Shown here: in pieces, positions 1 through 12,700 of the stretch | How positions within the stretch are numbered: the first letter of the stretch is position 1 | How the letters are laid out: every line of letters begins with the position of its first letter | Assembly: GCA_965178125.1 (NCBI GenBank) | Contig: OZ237737.1 | Coordinates: forward strand, 806,001 to 870,000 | Source of the DNA: Bilabrum cf. latius | Lineage: Eukaryota | Length of the DNA: 64,000 nucleotides | Reading direction: 5' to 3' | Notes under the pieces: generated by a model | Databases searched by the model: none | The model's input: only the letters and a program-made list of their open reading frames with translations | Told to the model about the DNA's origin: nothing | Position numbers and translations under genes: made by a program

Positions 1-3000
1 CTTGTGCCGCAGTGGGCGCGTTGAGCTGGGGCGCGTCATTGACGTCGTTGAGATCAACACGCACGATTGCGGTGTCTGTCTTGCCCTTCTTGTCGGTGAC
101 AGTGACAGTCAGTGAGTAGGTGGGGTTGGTCTCGTAGTTGAGCGAGGCCTTGTTCACCTTGAGGAGACCCTGGTTGCCCACGGAGGAGATCTTGAATGAG
201 CTGCCCGTATTGCCCGCCGTGATTGAGTACGTGAGAGTTTCGCTGCTGTCGGGGTCCGTGCCCTTCAGAGCCGTGCCCACGTCAGTGTTAACGGCAGAGT
301 TCTCGTCAACCTTGAAGCTGGCGTCGTCCAAGCTGGGCGCTTCGTTCACGTTCTTGACGTGAACGGTCCACGTGGAGGCCACAGACATGGGAACCAGGGC
401 GTTTCCCTGCGCGTCTGATCCGGGTACATCCGTGCACCGGATACCCAGCGTGTACTTGCTCTTTGTCTCGTAATCCAGCGTGCCAGACAGCTCAATCTTG
501 CCCGTGTTGGCGTTAATGATGAACATCTCCCCCGTGTTGCCAGAATCGATGAAGTACTGAACCGTGTGGTCGTCTGGGTCTGAACAGCTGGGGTTCTTGG
601 GCAGCTCCGTCTTGGAGTCCTCGTCTTCGTCCAGCTGGGTAGATCCCGAGCTCATCGTGGGAGGCTTGTTGCCTGCCGTGATCTCCACCGTAATTGTTTG
701 GGTAAACGACTTGCTCGGGCTGCCGTTGTCCGTGGCGACGATGTTGAATTCAACTTCGGCGGAGTTCTGACCATCAGGAAGCGGCTTGAGGTTGTCAAGC
801 ACGGTGAGCTGGCCAGTGGTCGAACCAATCGTGATGGGAAGGCGCGTGTAGTCACTCGAGGGCTTGATGCTCTAGTCAGCGGCCTTGATCGCCCACGTTA
901 CCTTCTACCCAGCGTCCGGGTCTGAGGCCACGAATGGCACGCCAATCTTGGTGCCGCTCTTGGCACTGTCGCCAACAGCCCTCTGGTTTGTCGAATCCGA
1001 GATCTCCGGCTCTTCGTTCACATCAGTGATGCGCACAGTGATGATGCCGGTGTCAGATTTCGTATTGGCGCCTCCCTCCACACCGTCCATGACGGTGACA
1101 GTGAGAGTGTACTCGCTCGTCACCTCGTAGTTGGGTGATGCGGCAACTTGCATCTGGCAGGTGCCAGCCTTGAAGGTGAAGGTGCCTCCCGTGTTGCCCC
1201 TCGACACGGCACACCGCACGCTGTCACCCTCCGGGTCAGTGGCCGGTAGCGCAGATCCCACGTTTGATCCAGCCGCAGAGTTCTCGGCGACAGTCAACGT
1301 GCGAGCAGCCAGCGAAGGCGCCTCGTCTGCGTCCGAAACAGTAATGGATACAGTTCCGGTATGGCTCAGTGCAGGGGACCCGGAATCCTGTACCTTGATG
1401 CCAAGGGTGTACCTGCTCTTGGTCTCGTGATCGAGGGCCTGCGCCACGCGGAGCTGGCCTGACAGCGAATCGATCGAGAAGCGGTTGTCCGAACCGGAGG
1501 TGATGCTGTAGAAGAGTGTCTGACCTTGATCGGGATCCGAAGCAGCAACCTTCGTGGTGCTGATCACGGCACCAATTGCCGTGTCCTCCTTGACCGTGAA
1601 CGACTGTCCCGACGTGAGAGTGGGCCTCTCATTCACGTTGTTGATGGCAATGCTCACAGCTCGCTGTCCTACCATACCCTTGCGGTCTTTTGCGATGACA
1701 GTCACGGACGCTGACTTGAGGGACTCGTAGTTCGGCGGCGCCTTTACCAGGATTTGCCCATCCGTACCCATCTTGAAGTAGCTGTTCGTTGTCATGGACC
1801 ACGTGAGTGAGGCCACATCCCCGGCATCCTCGTCCGTGGCCGTGAGCTTGTCCCCTACCTTGGTGTTCACAGCCGAGTTCTCGTTAATGCTGAGCACCTT
1901 TGATGGAGCAGCCACGACGGGAGGATCGGGCTGGTCGGTGACCTTGATGGTGAGCGTGGCCTTCTCGGTGTTCTTGCCGTCAGAGACGGTGACTCCGTAC
2001 GAGAAAGACGACTTGGACTCGTAGTTGAGCGACTTGCCAGCCTTGAGCGTCACAGCGCCCGAGGTGGACAGTGCGAAGACGTCCGGCGTGTCAGTACGGT
2101 GGAACGTGTAGCGAAGAGTGTCAGCCGGATCCGGATCCGACGCCTTGACGGTGGCGACAGAATCGCCACCACGGGCAGTCTCATCGGTGACCATCTCTTG
2201 GTCCTCAATGACGGGTGGGTCGTTCTTGTTGATGATGTTGACCTTGAGCGTGCAGCCCACCTTAATGGAGGACGTGGGGTGGTCGTCCCGCAGCCCGATG
2301 CGCATTGTGTACGACGATCGCTTGCCGTTGTCGAGGTCGGCGCCCTCCTTGACCGAGATCTGCCCGTCGCAAGCACCGATCTTGAAGGGCATGTTTGCCG
2401 TGTCAATGGACCAGATGAGACCCTGTCCCATGTCAGGATCGGAGCCAGTGAGCGCCTTCCCAACCTTCGTCTCGGCGGCAGCACGCTCCTCCACGCTGCG
2501 TGCGTTGCACTCTCCGATGCGCGGGGTCTCGTTCTTGTCTAGGACAGCCACCTGGACCTTGCACGTTTCCTTGTGAGCGTTCGAGTTCCAGTTGGCTTCT
2601 ACAGTTATCTCGAAATTGCGGCACTTCTCGTAGTCAAAGCCGGCTCCGTTGAGCCTGACCTTGCCCGACACCGAGTCGATCACGAAGGGGTTGCTGCGCG
2701 TGCAGGTCGACTCCTTCTTTGACTGGCTTCGGATGTAGTACCTGACCGAACCTCCGTATCCTTTGCTCGTTTGGATCGTGGCAGTGATACCCTCGACTGC
2801 GTTGGTGTCCACGTTCTTGAGCCAGTCGTTGGCAGCGTCCTCCATGACCTGCCTCTTTGCCTCGCCGAGCGGGCAGGCCCTGCCCCACACGATGGGCGGC
2901 ACGATCTCGCCGCTGAGGCACTTCTTTCCGGATGGGCAAGGGGACTCGCCCGTGCGCACGTCACCAGCAGCAGTAGTGGGAGTCGTGTAGTATCCATTTC

Positions 3001-4377
3001 GTACCTCCCTACGGGCTCCAGATCCGGACGGACAGTAGTAGAACACGTTACCGCACTTGTTCTGGCGCGGGCTGCGCGACCCTGCCGGGCAGTAGTAGCC
3101 TGCCTGGCACTGCCCCGAGCATGAGCTCGAGGCCAGCCCGTACGCGTTGCCCCACCTGCCAGCGGGGCAGATACGCTTCACGCCGCCTGTGCAGTAGTAG
3201 TTGGGAGAGTCGCACCGGGCGTAACTGTACCTGGTGGTGGTGCTCCTGGAGGTCGGGGTCGAGTAGTAGCCTGAAGGCACAGATCTGGCACTCGTGGATC
3301 CGGTGGGGCAGTACAGGTGGACACCTCCGCAGGCACGGTAGTTTGTGTTAGTCGTACCAGTGGGGCAGTAGTATCCAGCAGGGCAGGCTGCAGTACAAGT
3401 ACTGGACCGGCTCCCTCCCGATCCGTAGCGACCAGCCCTACAAGAGTAGCAAGTTGTGCCACCGTTGCTGCTTTGCCAGCGACCAGCGGCGCAAGTTGTG
3501 CAAGATCTGGCACTGGCAGCAGAATATCGACCGGGCGTGCAATATCCGCTGCATGTGGAGCTGGTCAGTGCGGTTGTGGTACCGTAGCGGCCGGCCGGGC
3601 AGCTCTGCGGACAGGGGCAACATGGAGCAAATCTGGGAGTTCTCTGTCTGGGATGCAAACAGCTGAAACAAATCAATTTTAAAACTCACCCTGCACGAGG
3701 AAGACCCGGCAGAACTCCACCGTCCAGTGCCGCAGCGATACTACGCTGACGACCGGGATCCCGCTCGGCAGTAGTAGCCGGCTCGGCAGGACTGCGAGGC
3801 ACATCGATAGGTATACAGAACATCAAACAATCCAGGAATGAGCGCAACAAGGTAGCAATTTTAAAATTTGCCTCACGTAGCAAGCTCGGTTATACGTGCC
3901 AGACGAGTATCGACCGGCAGGGCACGTGTATCTTTGGCTCATTCGACTGCTTGGGCAATAGTACCCCGCTGAACATGCGGAACAGGAGCTGGCACCACTC
4001 GAAGAGTATCTGCCAGCAACACAAGAGAAGCATGACGAGGACCTGTGCGAGTTGGAGGACATATAGTACCCTGCGCTGCACGTGTAGCACGAACGCTACG
4101 CGTATAGGTACCTGCCCCTACCACACGTCGGTATGTATCGCCTGCGCCGGCGACGTCTGCCCCTGCGCGGTAGAAAGTATACGCATACCAATTGTTGTGG
4201 CGGCAGTGGGTAGCTTTCTTCCTTTTCATCATTTTCTTGATCAAATCTGGAATCAGGGCGCCGACTCAATCATGCTAGGCGCCGTCCTCACCAAGCATCA
4301 GCTTCACCGAACAGAGAAATGAACAAGCTAAGTATAACTAGTATACTTAGTGCCCATGATGTATGTTTGTGGGGCAT
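1..4377 (-). CDS. Giant surface protein, 5' part: signal peptide, Cys-rich CPAGxYC repeats, then tandem cadherin domains; runs off the left edge
   Basis: ATG at 4377 gives a signal-peptide-like MPHKHTSWALSILVILSLFISLFGEADAW. GT-AG introns at 4163-4291, 3792-3876 and 3605-3689 join the exons in frame. Cadherin motifs DxNExP, LDYE/LDHE and AxDPD repeat from about 2550 to the window edge. In-frame TAG at 4096, 905 (DPDAG*KVTW, cf. DPDQGQ and DPDMGQ in the same protein) and 872; the frame continues past them as cadherin (TGQLTVL...VATDNGSP). Confidence 0.85.
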
Positions 4378-4535
4378 TAGGGCAATCTAGACCAGATGAG
4401 TGCTTGAGTGGTGCGAGCGGGCTCGGCTGGTGCGGTTCCGATCGAGACAAAATTCAAGTTGCGCGCTCAGTTCATGCCTCACAAGCGATTAACGGAGCAA
4501 CAAACCCCACCCGGCATTGTGAACCAAAAGCCAAA

Positions 4536-6755
4536 TTACGACGCAAGTTGCTCCAACGTTGCCAGGAATGCACCTACCGCTCCGAAATAGCCTTCGTGCT
4601 TCAGGAAAAGGCCTTCCATCTTGCCGCCCGACCAGAAGCGTATGGCATACGCGAGCGTCCGCATAGCTTCCTTATTCACCCCACAGTGCCGGAGAAAGTT
4701 TCCAGCGAAGACAATCCGGCTCACATCAAACCGAACCGCATTCAGGTACGCCACCTAGCCTATGTTGTTGGATACCATGAGCAGCAGAGCGCGGCATATG
4801 TCGCTACGTGCCGCTGCAGGCCTGCTCGGCAGCTTACTGCTAGGTCCCGTCTCATGCCTTCTGTTTGCTGCAGAGCCGCCTACTTCTTCATGTTCGACTG
4901 CTGTGGGTGACCTGGCAGACTGCATCACGACCCGCTCCCAGTCCTCCGTGGCAGCTCGTCTCCGATCGGCCACCACCCCTGTTCCAACCTTGTAAAAGGC
5001 AGGACCCAGCAGTGCTTCTTGTTGTTGGGGGTGCTACCGTTCAACACCAGCGGTAGAGCTCCCGTCGTGCAGAGTGCCCGCCGCCTGCGACTAGTTTGCT
5101 GTGCCGCCGTCCGAGTCTTCGATGCCGCCCTCGGTGGCCGCCTATTGCACCGAGGCACCGCTGTCTTCACCGTAGGCTGCTGACTCTTCGAACTCTGCCG
5201 CCGCGGCCGTATCAGCAGCCGATCCGACCTTGGCCCCGATGCCTCCGCTCGTCCACCTAGACGGGGGCGATGAATCCAGCGGCTTGGGAGCACCACCATG
5301 CGATGCACCCGATCCGATTCCAGATCCAGGCGCAAACTACCTCTCCTCCTCCTCCTCCTCGTCCTTAAAGCTGCCGCTAATACCATCGCCTGGCACTTGC
5401 TGCCTCGCCTGTCGCTACTTGTGCTGCTGCTTCTCCCTGTCTGCCGCCCGCGCGGCCGCCTTGACCCCAACCGACAGCACCTTCCCAAAGTTGCTAGCGA
5501 TGGTGCCCGCCGAGAGACCCACCACTCCGTAGTCGCCCCCATAAATGTCTCCCACGGTCAGGTCCACGTTCGCGTGATGGCCCTCCACCGCGGCCGTCAC
5601 CATGTCCTCGAAGCTGTCCAGGCCCGTGATCAGGTTCGCCAACCCAAAGAACGTTCCCCCGCCGATCGAGGTTCCGCTGACGCGGCGCCAGCTGGTTTCG
5701 CTCTCCACGAGCAGGATGCTCACCCCGCTGCCGATGTTTACGAGAAGGTAAGGGTACGGCCCGCTCGCTTGCGCCTAGCCACCCCGAGTGCACTCGCCTT
5801 TGCCTGAACCTCTCGGTGTCGCCGCCCCTGCCGCCTTCTGGTGGTCGGAGCTCCTGCCCGCCGCGGTCGATAGAAGCACCCTGGGCACCTCCGGGCTGCC
5901 CCTCTCCTCGCTCTCGAAGGTGTAGGCCTCCAAGGGCACGCTCTCGAGAAGGAAGGCCATCCCGCGGACCAGGCAGTCCAGCTCGTCCTGCGGCTTGAGC
6001 TGCACCCCGAGCGTCTGCTCCACCAGAGGGGCGAACTTTAGGCTGCCGCCACCAGTGGCGCACATGCTTCGCATGCTCTTGTTTAGGCCGTGCGCCCGGG
6101 CTAGCTGCAGGGCACCCCCGATGCGGCGCGTCTCGAACGAGACGAAGTGCATCGTGCCGCGCAGAAGCTCCGAGTGCAGCTCGAGCCTGGTCTCCCGCAC
6201 CCCCGTCCTGCCGAATCGCTGCCTAGATTTTAAGAACTGCGCAATAGATGAGACGCCTCCCTTCTGCGGGCTCTCTGGGTAGCTGTCGCTTGGGGAACCA
6301 CCGGCCGTGCGAGCAACCGGCGGCATGTCGCTAGCCGCCCTCTTAATCGGTGCGCCGGACAAGCCAGCTGAAGGCCTCGGGGAGTGAACTGGCGACGAGT
6401 CTCGCAACTGGGCGCGGGGCTCAAAGAATACAAGCTTGACGAGGCTGCCCCCTATATCCAACCCAAAGAATGCCCCGGTGTCGTCGATTCTGCGGAGTAA
6501 CCGAGCCACCGTCCTCGCATCACACGAAGGCAAGAAGCTAAGGCCAGCTGGTTTCAATCGATCCTTTGAGAGTGATTGCAAAGACTGTCCAGGAGCAGAC
6601 TTGGATCTTGCCATTGCTGGAGTGGACAAGTCACTCGCTGACCTTGATCTCGCCCCGTCAAGATCAACGCATCGAATCCGGCTTTGGCGCCATGATGCGA
6701 CGGTCACTGTAGCTAAAAGAAGTGCACTAAACAAGCACGAATCAAGGCTCTGCAT
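4536..6755 (-). CDS. PANK: Type II (eukaryotic, fumble-like) pantothenate kinase with low-complexity insertions
   Basis: Motifs GLDIGGSLVKLV, ATGGGS, ELDCLVRG, PYLLVNIGSGVSILLV, GTSIGGGTFFGL, DLTVGDIYGGDY, IASNFGK, SNNIG*VAYLNA, FAGNFLR and FLKHEGYFGAVGAFL lie in one frame. The frame is broken only by TAG at 5775, 5415, 5091 and 4755 and ends at TAA 4536-4538. Confidence 0.95.
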
Positions 6756-6958
6756 GTCCAGCCAATCTCAGCTCTAGAAGCAGCAACAAACTTGCTCCGT
6801 CATCTACGAATCGAACCACGCAGAACGTTCGCTGCGCACACATTTCTTCGATTTCATTTATTTACTGCACTAAGTGGCGGTAGTTGCCCATCTCCACCTA
6901 TCATCCCGGGGGATAGTTTGGTTTTACCCTCAGTTTTGTCCCGGCTTGGCTAATAAAT
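6756..6958. promoter_or_regulatory. Short intergenic region between divergent genes; probable bidirectional promoter
   Basis: About 200 bp, AT-richer than the flanking CDSs, between the start codons of PanK (-) and the hydrolase (+). No specific motif was identified. Confidence 0.35.
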
Positions 6959-8011
6959 ATGCTGGTATTTCGCATGTTGTGTTTGGTTACAGCTTCGTTA
7001 TGTATCTCAGCTGCCTTTGGCTCCGAAACATGGCGCACTGAGCTGTGTGAAACAAAAGCAAGACTTTCGTTTGCCGATGGTGTTTCGTTCCTATCCAGCG
7101 CGTTCGTTGGAGGGAGCCAGTCTTCCCGCTGGGTTGCACCGTTCGTTCATGGGTACTCATCCAAATAGAATGCCAGCTGGTGGGCCTCTGTAGTGGCTCC
7201 CGGCATTCAGAATCACACTGCAGTTGTTGCAATCGACATGCCTGGCCACGGACTGACAGTGCCACCAGTGGGCCTAGAAAAGCGCATGTCAAGCGCAGGG
7301 AATGTTGCGGCGGTGGAAGCGTTTCTTCGTCGAGCGATCTCAGGGTCCTTGTCTGCGCCTCGAGCGGGTGCAAGGTGTCTTGATTCGGGAGGTAGAGTGC
7401 GGACTGGCCCCGAGATTGCGCCGGAGGACGCGGCTGAGGCCCCCGGACATCCTGGACCGGCAGCAGGCAGGAAGGAGCGCCTCCCTAAAAAAGATTTGGC
7501 TGTGCTTGTTGGGCGTTCATGGGGAGGGGGCGTGGTTCTTCGGACCTTGGCAAAGCTAGCCAAGCAGGCGCGGCCTCCACCCTCAGGGGGCTCCGAGAGG
7601 AGAGGCGAGGGCGGTGGAGGCTCTTCACCGAACCGGGGGGAGAATGCTGATAACTAGACGGAATCTAGTGAGCTGCTGGATTCGACGAGTCGAGTCCTAG
7701 ATTCGGTGAAATGCGTCGTTTTGGTGGCGCCAGCGGTGCCCCGGATCCTGCTGGAGCAGTTGCCCGCCCGCATCCGAGAGCTGCCGATGCTGCTGGTCTG
7801 GTCCAAAGATGACCCCGTGGTGCCATTCAAGAACCACGAGCGAGTATTGGAGGCTTTCACCGGCATCAAACGCACCCTGTTTTTTGACACGGTGGTGCCT
7901 ACTGATGCACCGCCGGAGGACCAATGGCGCGGACATGCACCGGAGCAATAGAGACCGGTTGAGTTCTAGGACGCAGTTCTGGCACTGCTAGACGCTGTCG
8001 AGCAGACTTAA
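6959..8011 (+). CDS. Alpha/beta hydrolase fold protein with predicted signal peptide (ABHD14-like)
   Basis: Hydrophobic N-terminus; FVHGY, AIDMPGHG, nucleophile elbow GRSWGG, LLVWSKDDPVVP (acid) and GHAP (His). One frame with TAG at 7166, 7655, 7949 and 7967; ends TAA 8009-8011. Confidence 0.85.
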
Positions 8012-8352
8012 TCGAGCTGATATTCCCCTTTAACACCTTAGTAGTTGTTTATTCGGCTTGCAAAGTCGAAATCATTTCTGCTTGGACATGTGACGATCCA
8101 TATTCAAAGCTTCTGATGCATGCTAAAGCACTCGTTCGCAATCACAAGAATGGCAAGACTAGCAACCTTAGATTCGATCAAAAAGTCGGAGGATGACGCG
8201 AAACCAGAAGGATAGAGCTATTTCGCTGGGGGAGGCGGCGAAGGTGGATCGTAAGCACCATTTCCGAATGGGTTCAGGAACCAGGAACACGCCGGAACTT
8301 GAAGCTGTTTGCTTTTTCCTTCCACTATTTATTCCGTAGGAGCACTTCGATA

Positions 8353-8982
8353 ATGGGCGGAGCTAAGGCAGAGCGCAGCAGCGAGCCTGCCGGAATTACA
8401 ATCACAGAGTATAAAGGAGACGTATTTCGCGTGGACGATGGTCCGATCCGAGCTGCATCCGAAAACGAAGAGAATAGAAGATTCCTAGCCAGCTTACGAC
8501 GAGGGGAGGTGCCCACCGAACTTCGAGGCAGGAGCAAGGGTGGCTTGAGCGTGAACTACGTGGACAAGAAGACTGAGGATCCTCCCGCCCCGCCCAAGCC
8601 GAAGTTTGAGGGCTCGGGGCACCGCGCAGGACCAGCAGGAAGCGGAGCAGCCGGGAGTGGAGCGAGCGATGAAGCGCTCATGATTGGCACGGGCGGCGCA
8701 GCGGGCAGTGCCCAAGCCGCGCTCGACAGCGCCGCCAGCGGCGCTGCAGCTTCTGCACGGATGGCCGTGCGCCTCGCTACCGGGAAGAGGCTACGGCTGA
8801 CCATGGTGCCAGCGACAACGGTTCGCAGCATGATGGAGGCGGTCGCGGCAGAAACACCCGCAGGCGTGGCCTTCCGGCTGTACTACGGCCGCCCGGCTCG
8901 CGCTGTGGCTGGCGATTCGCTCGGCCTGGATGTAGAGGCGGCTGGGCTCAAGGGAGAGGCTCTCACGCAGCAGAACGTCTAA
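8353..8982 (+). CDS. p47/NSFL1C/UBXN2-like p97 (Cdc48) cofactor: SEP domain, SHP box, degenerate UBX-like C-terminus
   Basis: SEP-like FRVDDGPIR...NRRFLASLRRGEVPTELR; SHP-box-like FEGSGHRAG; ubiquitin-fold-like VRLATGKRL...TTVRSM...EAAGL. ATG 8353, stop TAA 8980-8982. Confidence 0.8.
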   Translation: MGGAKAERSSEPAGITITEYKGDVFRVDDGPIRAASENEENRRFLASLRRGEVPTELRGRSKGGLSVNYVDKKTEDPPAPPKPKFEGSGHRAGPAGSGAAGSGASDEALMIGTGGAAGSAQAALDSAASGAAASARMAVRLATGKRLRLTMVPATTVRSMMEAVAAETPAGVAFRLYYGRPARAVAGDSLGLDVEAAGLKGEALTQQNV

Positions 8983-9799
8983 GCGAAGTGGGAGCGCAAG
9001 CGTAAAAGTGCGTGAATGTATCGCACCTGAAGTGGCCCTTAAGCAACTGGTCGGCTGTCGCTGCGGTGGAATGCACGTGTCCAGATAACAAGACATGAAT
9101 GGAGAAAGATTCGAAATCGATAAGGCGCTTTCTTCGGACAATCGCAAACAAGCCAGCTCGAGCATACGCTCCTGAGCCGGGCCTGCGCGGGAACTAGTAG
9201 AGACGCCAGCCACTGGCATCCCACCCCCGCGACTCAGGCCCTGGCGCCAGCAGTGAGCGTCACCGAGCCGATTGCATATACCATGCAACGCTGCCGCGAT
9301 CCGAAGCCACCCCCCGGATCTAAACGTTTCCTGCACTGAGTCCCCATCAAGTCTAGGTGCACCCAGTCCCCTGCAGCCCGCTTCGCACGGAAGTTCAATC
9401 GTTCGAATGCGAAGCGAGCACGCAGCCTGCGCACGCCCTCCCTCTACCGTCTCCTCCTCTTCCGACCCTCTCACCCCACCCACGTCCGATGCGGGTACAC
9501 AATAAATAGTCCGCCGCCGCCGTTGCCATAGCAAGCACATATGCCAGCCGCCACGAGAGCCGTGCAAGGTACCGTGTGCGCGGGCACGCGCTTCAGCTGG
9601 ATCAGGGCACGGGTCACAAGCTCGCGCCTCCCCGATCCAAAGCCAAAGCAACGCCCACGCAACATATACACCTCCAAACGCAATAGCTCCGATTGCAGCC
9701 AACCATGCACCCGTCCCACCCCTCTAATTCGAAAGGCAGGCATTCGCAGCGTGCAGCTCTAGACCATCTCGCACCCCGCACCATCAATCCTCCGCAAGC

Positions 9800-12700
9800 T
9801 CACTCAAACCCCGCTGCCAGTGCCGCAGCCCAGTCAGCCGCGATCGGAAGACTCACATCCTACCGCAACCGCGCTGCAGCTGCAGCAGCAGGGTTACTGG
9901 CGGGGTCTGCGACCCTAACCTTGCGGCCCCTGCCACCACCACCTCCAGCACGTCTGCCGCCAGCCGCAGCAGCATCCTCGAAGCCAGGCACCGCCACAGC
10001 CGCGTGACCACCAAGCTGCTCCCACCCTAGGAATCGCAGCCGCAGCTGCCCGCGGCCAGATGTGGCACCCTTGACTGCATCAGCGAGCCCCAGGCAAGCG
10101 CTGGCCGGCAGCGAGGCGAACACCTGCTGCCCGCTGCTCGCAGACCCCAGCGCTGCGTCCTGCACGCCGTCGATTACGCTCTCACCGTCGAGATCGTCCT
10201 CAGCCGATGGCTCGGCAAGGATCCTGGCCCCCCTGCGGTCGAGCTCGGCGTAGATGCCCCCGAGGCTGACGGAGGATCCAGCCGAACCGCCGAGGCCCTC
10301 GGAGCTCTCCACCTCCGCGGTGGCCAGCAGGCACGGCCGCATGAGCCCGGGGTCAGCAGACAGAAACGCTCGCTCGATGGCACGGCGCGCAGCGGCCGCC
10401 AGCTGCGAGGGCCCTCTGTGCGTGGAGTCCCCGTGCAGCGACACGTCCGTCACCACGGCAACGACACCCTGCATGGGTGAAGCGCTGAGGGGACCAGAGG
10501 CCGCCAGCTGAGCGAACGCAAGCTTGGCACCGTCTCGCGCCGCGCTCAGGTGCGCTGCTCCCTGGGTCCCGTCCAGCAGGAAGCACGTGGGCTCCGCCTG
10601 CGGAGGCCCCTGGTCAGCAGACGCATCTCGGGAAGCAGCCGATGCCTTCCCACCGCGGCTGGACGAAGCGGCCGCACCGCTCGTCGACCTCGAGGTCGAC
10701 GACCCTGGGCCAAGAGCCCATACCCTGCGTGCGTCTGCTGCTGGCCAGCCAAGCAGCCTTGCGGCCACGCGTGCCCCGTGGGAGGGCCACGCGCCGGCCT
10801 TGCCGCCAGCTTCGGACGCATCTGCCGGGGGTAGCTCCACCTTGCCGTGGGCCAGCCGCTGGAGGGCACGGAGCCACGCCTGCGGCAGCCTGGCGACGGC
10901 CACTTCGAACTTGTTGTGGCCGTTGGGGCTCTTCTCCATGCACCGAGGCCCGAGCTGCAGCTCGTCCAGCGCAGGTGAAAAGGGCAGGCTCGGCGCGCCC
11001 GCGGCCTTCTCTGCCTGCTCGGGGGTCGGCGCGACCGTCTCTCTGTACTGCACCTCGGGCTCCTCCAGAGCCACCTCGATGCCGTCACCCATGGCCGCAG
11101 ACAGCGACCTGGCGCACACGTCTAGGTGCAGCTCGCCGGCACCAGCCAGGATCCAGCGTCCTCCGGACTTGCTACTGCTGCCGGCACCTCCAGCAGACCG
11201 GGTGGCTTCGCGCCATGCCTTGGCCAGGGGATCCACGCGGGTCATGAGGCGCAGCTCGGCAGCCAGCGCGGCTTGCACGCTAGGGCCAGCGCGCACGGGA
11301 ACGCCGTCCGCGTCGACGAGCCGTAGAGCGGCCTCCACCACCGGCTCGACAACGAGCCTGAGGGGCTGCAGCACCTTGGCCACCGGCGGTGGCAATGCAC
11401 CTGCGGAGGGCGGCGCCCACAAGACGCCGCGGCAGCTCAGCGAGCCCGCCACCCCCTCGATCGCCACGACATCGCCCGCAACCGCAGACTTGGCCGGAAC
11501 AGCGCCGAGGTGTCCTCGCAGCCGGTGCACGCGCCCGACTGTAGCCTTGCGCCAAGCCAGCCGCGCCCCGCCCTCGGCGTCCGAAGCAGGCATGGGGCCG
11601 GCAGCTGCCGAGTCCTCGTCATCGAGCACCCAGACCTTGTCACCCTGGGCCAGCCGCCCGGCGTACACCCTGGCGTACGCAAGCAGACGACCGCTGCCGC
11701 CGCCCGACGAATGCTTGCCCGACGAGTGCCCTTCTGCGCCGGCCGCGGCAGCCGCTGATGGCGGAAGCAGCCTTGACACGTAGGCCAGGGTGGGCACGAA
11801 GTCGCCCGCTGCCGCGCGCGCTGCTGCCGCCACTGTGCTGCGTGCACTCGGGTCCTGTGCGGACACGGCCTCTGGGTGGCACAGGGCAGGGACCCGCCAC
11901 GACTGCGAGACAGCGGGCGGCGGCAACACGGTGCGCACGGCGTGCACCAGCACATCAGAGGCAGGGAACACGCGCGAGAGCACCAGCCGGCGCCAGTCCC
12001 TGCGAAGCTCCGCCCCGCTCTTCTGCTTGCGCGAGGCAGCCGACCCGCCGGCGCTCCCGTCGCTCTGGCGGGCCAGGTCGAGCACCGCGCGCTCCGTGGC
12101 GCCCTCCCAGCGCCCCAGCCTGGACAGCTGCTTGGCCATCGCGTCGTGCGCTTCGGACGCGTCCGCCGCCGTCACTGCGTCTGCCCTCCTCCTTGCGAGC
12201 ACCGCGACGGAGTCCACGGCGTCGAGCCCCAAAGAGGCGAGCGCCCTGGCCGGCGACTTGCGGAAGCGGTCCAGCACGGCCTCGTGAGCGGCCTGGGATG
12301 CGGATGCCGCGGCCGCATCGGCCTCTGCGATCGAGACACCGGATTTGGCCGACTCCTTCCTGGCCTTGCGAGCGGCCCGCGCGGCGGCCATGTTCGCGAT
12401 TGAGGGGGCAGACACCAGCCACCCCTCCAGTCCGCTGCCCACCAGAACCTCGCCCTTGGCCCACTCCAGGGGACGCGAGGCAATCCTGGCAGCCTCCGCG
12501 GCCTAGCCACCGGCTCGGATTACAGGCTCGGCAGCAGCCCGCAGGAGCTTGTTGACGGCAGCCACAACGGCGTTCGCCTTCCGCGCGGCCTCCAGCGAGC
12601 TCAGCTTGAGCGCCATCTGCAGGCGGTCCGCCTTGTTCACCACCACGATGGGGCGCACCCCCTGGCGCACCGCAGCACGAAGTACCACGGCAGTCTGCGC

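Noticed and set aside
8791-9702. 303 aa minus-strand ORF
   Set aside because: It overlaps the SEP-domain gene antisense, has no recognisable motif and lacks the codon style of the real genes. It is probably the 3' region between convergent genes.
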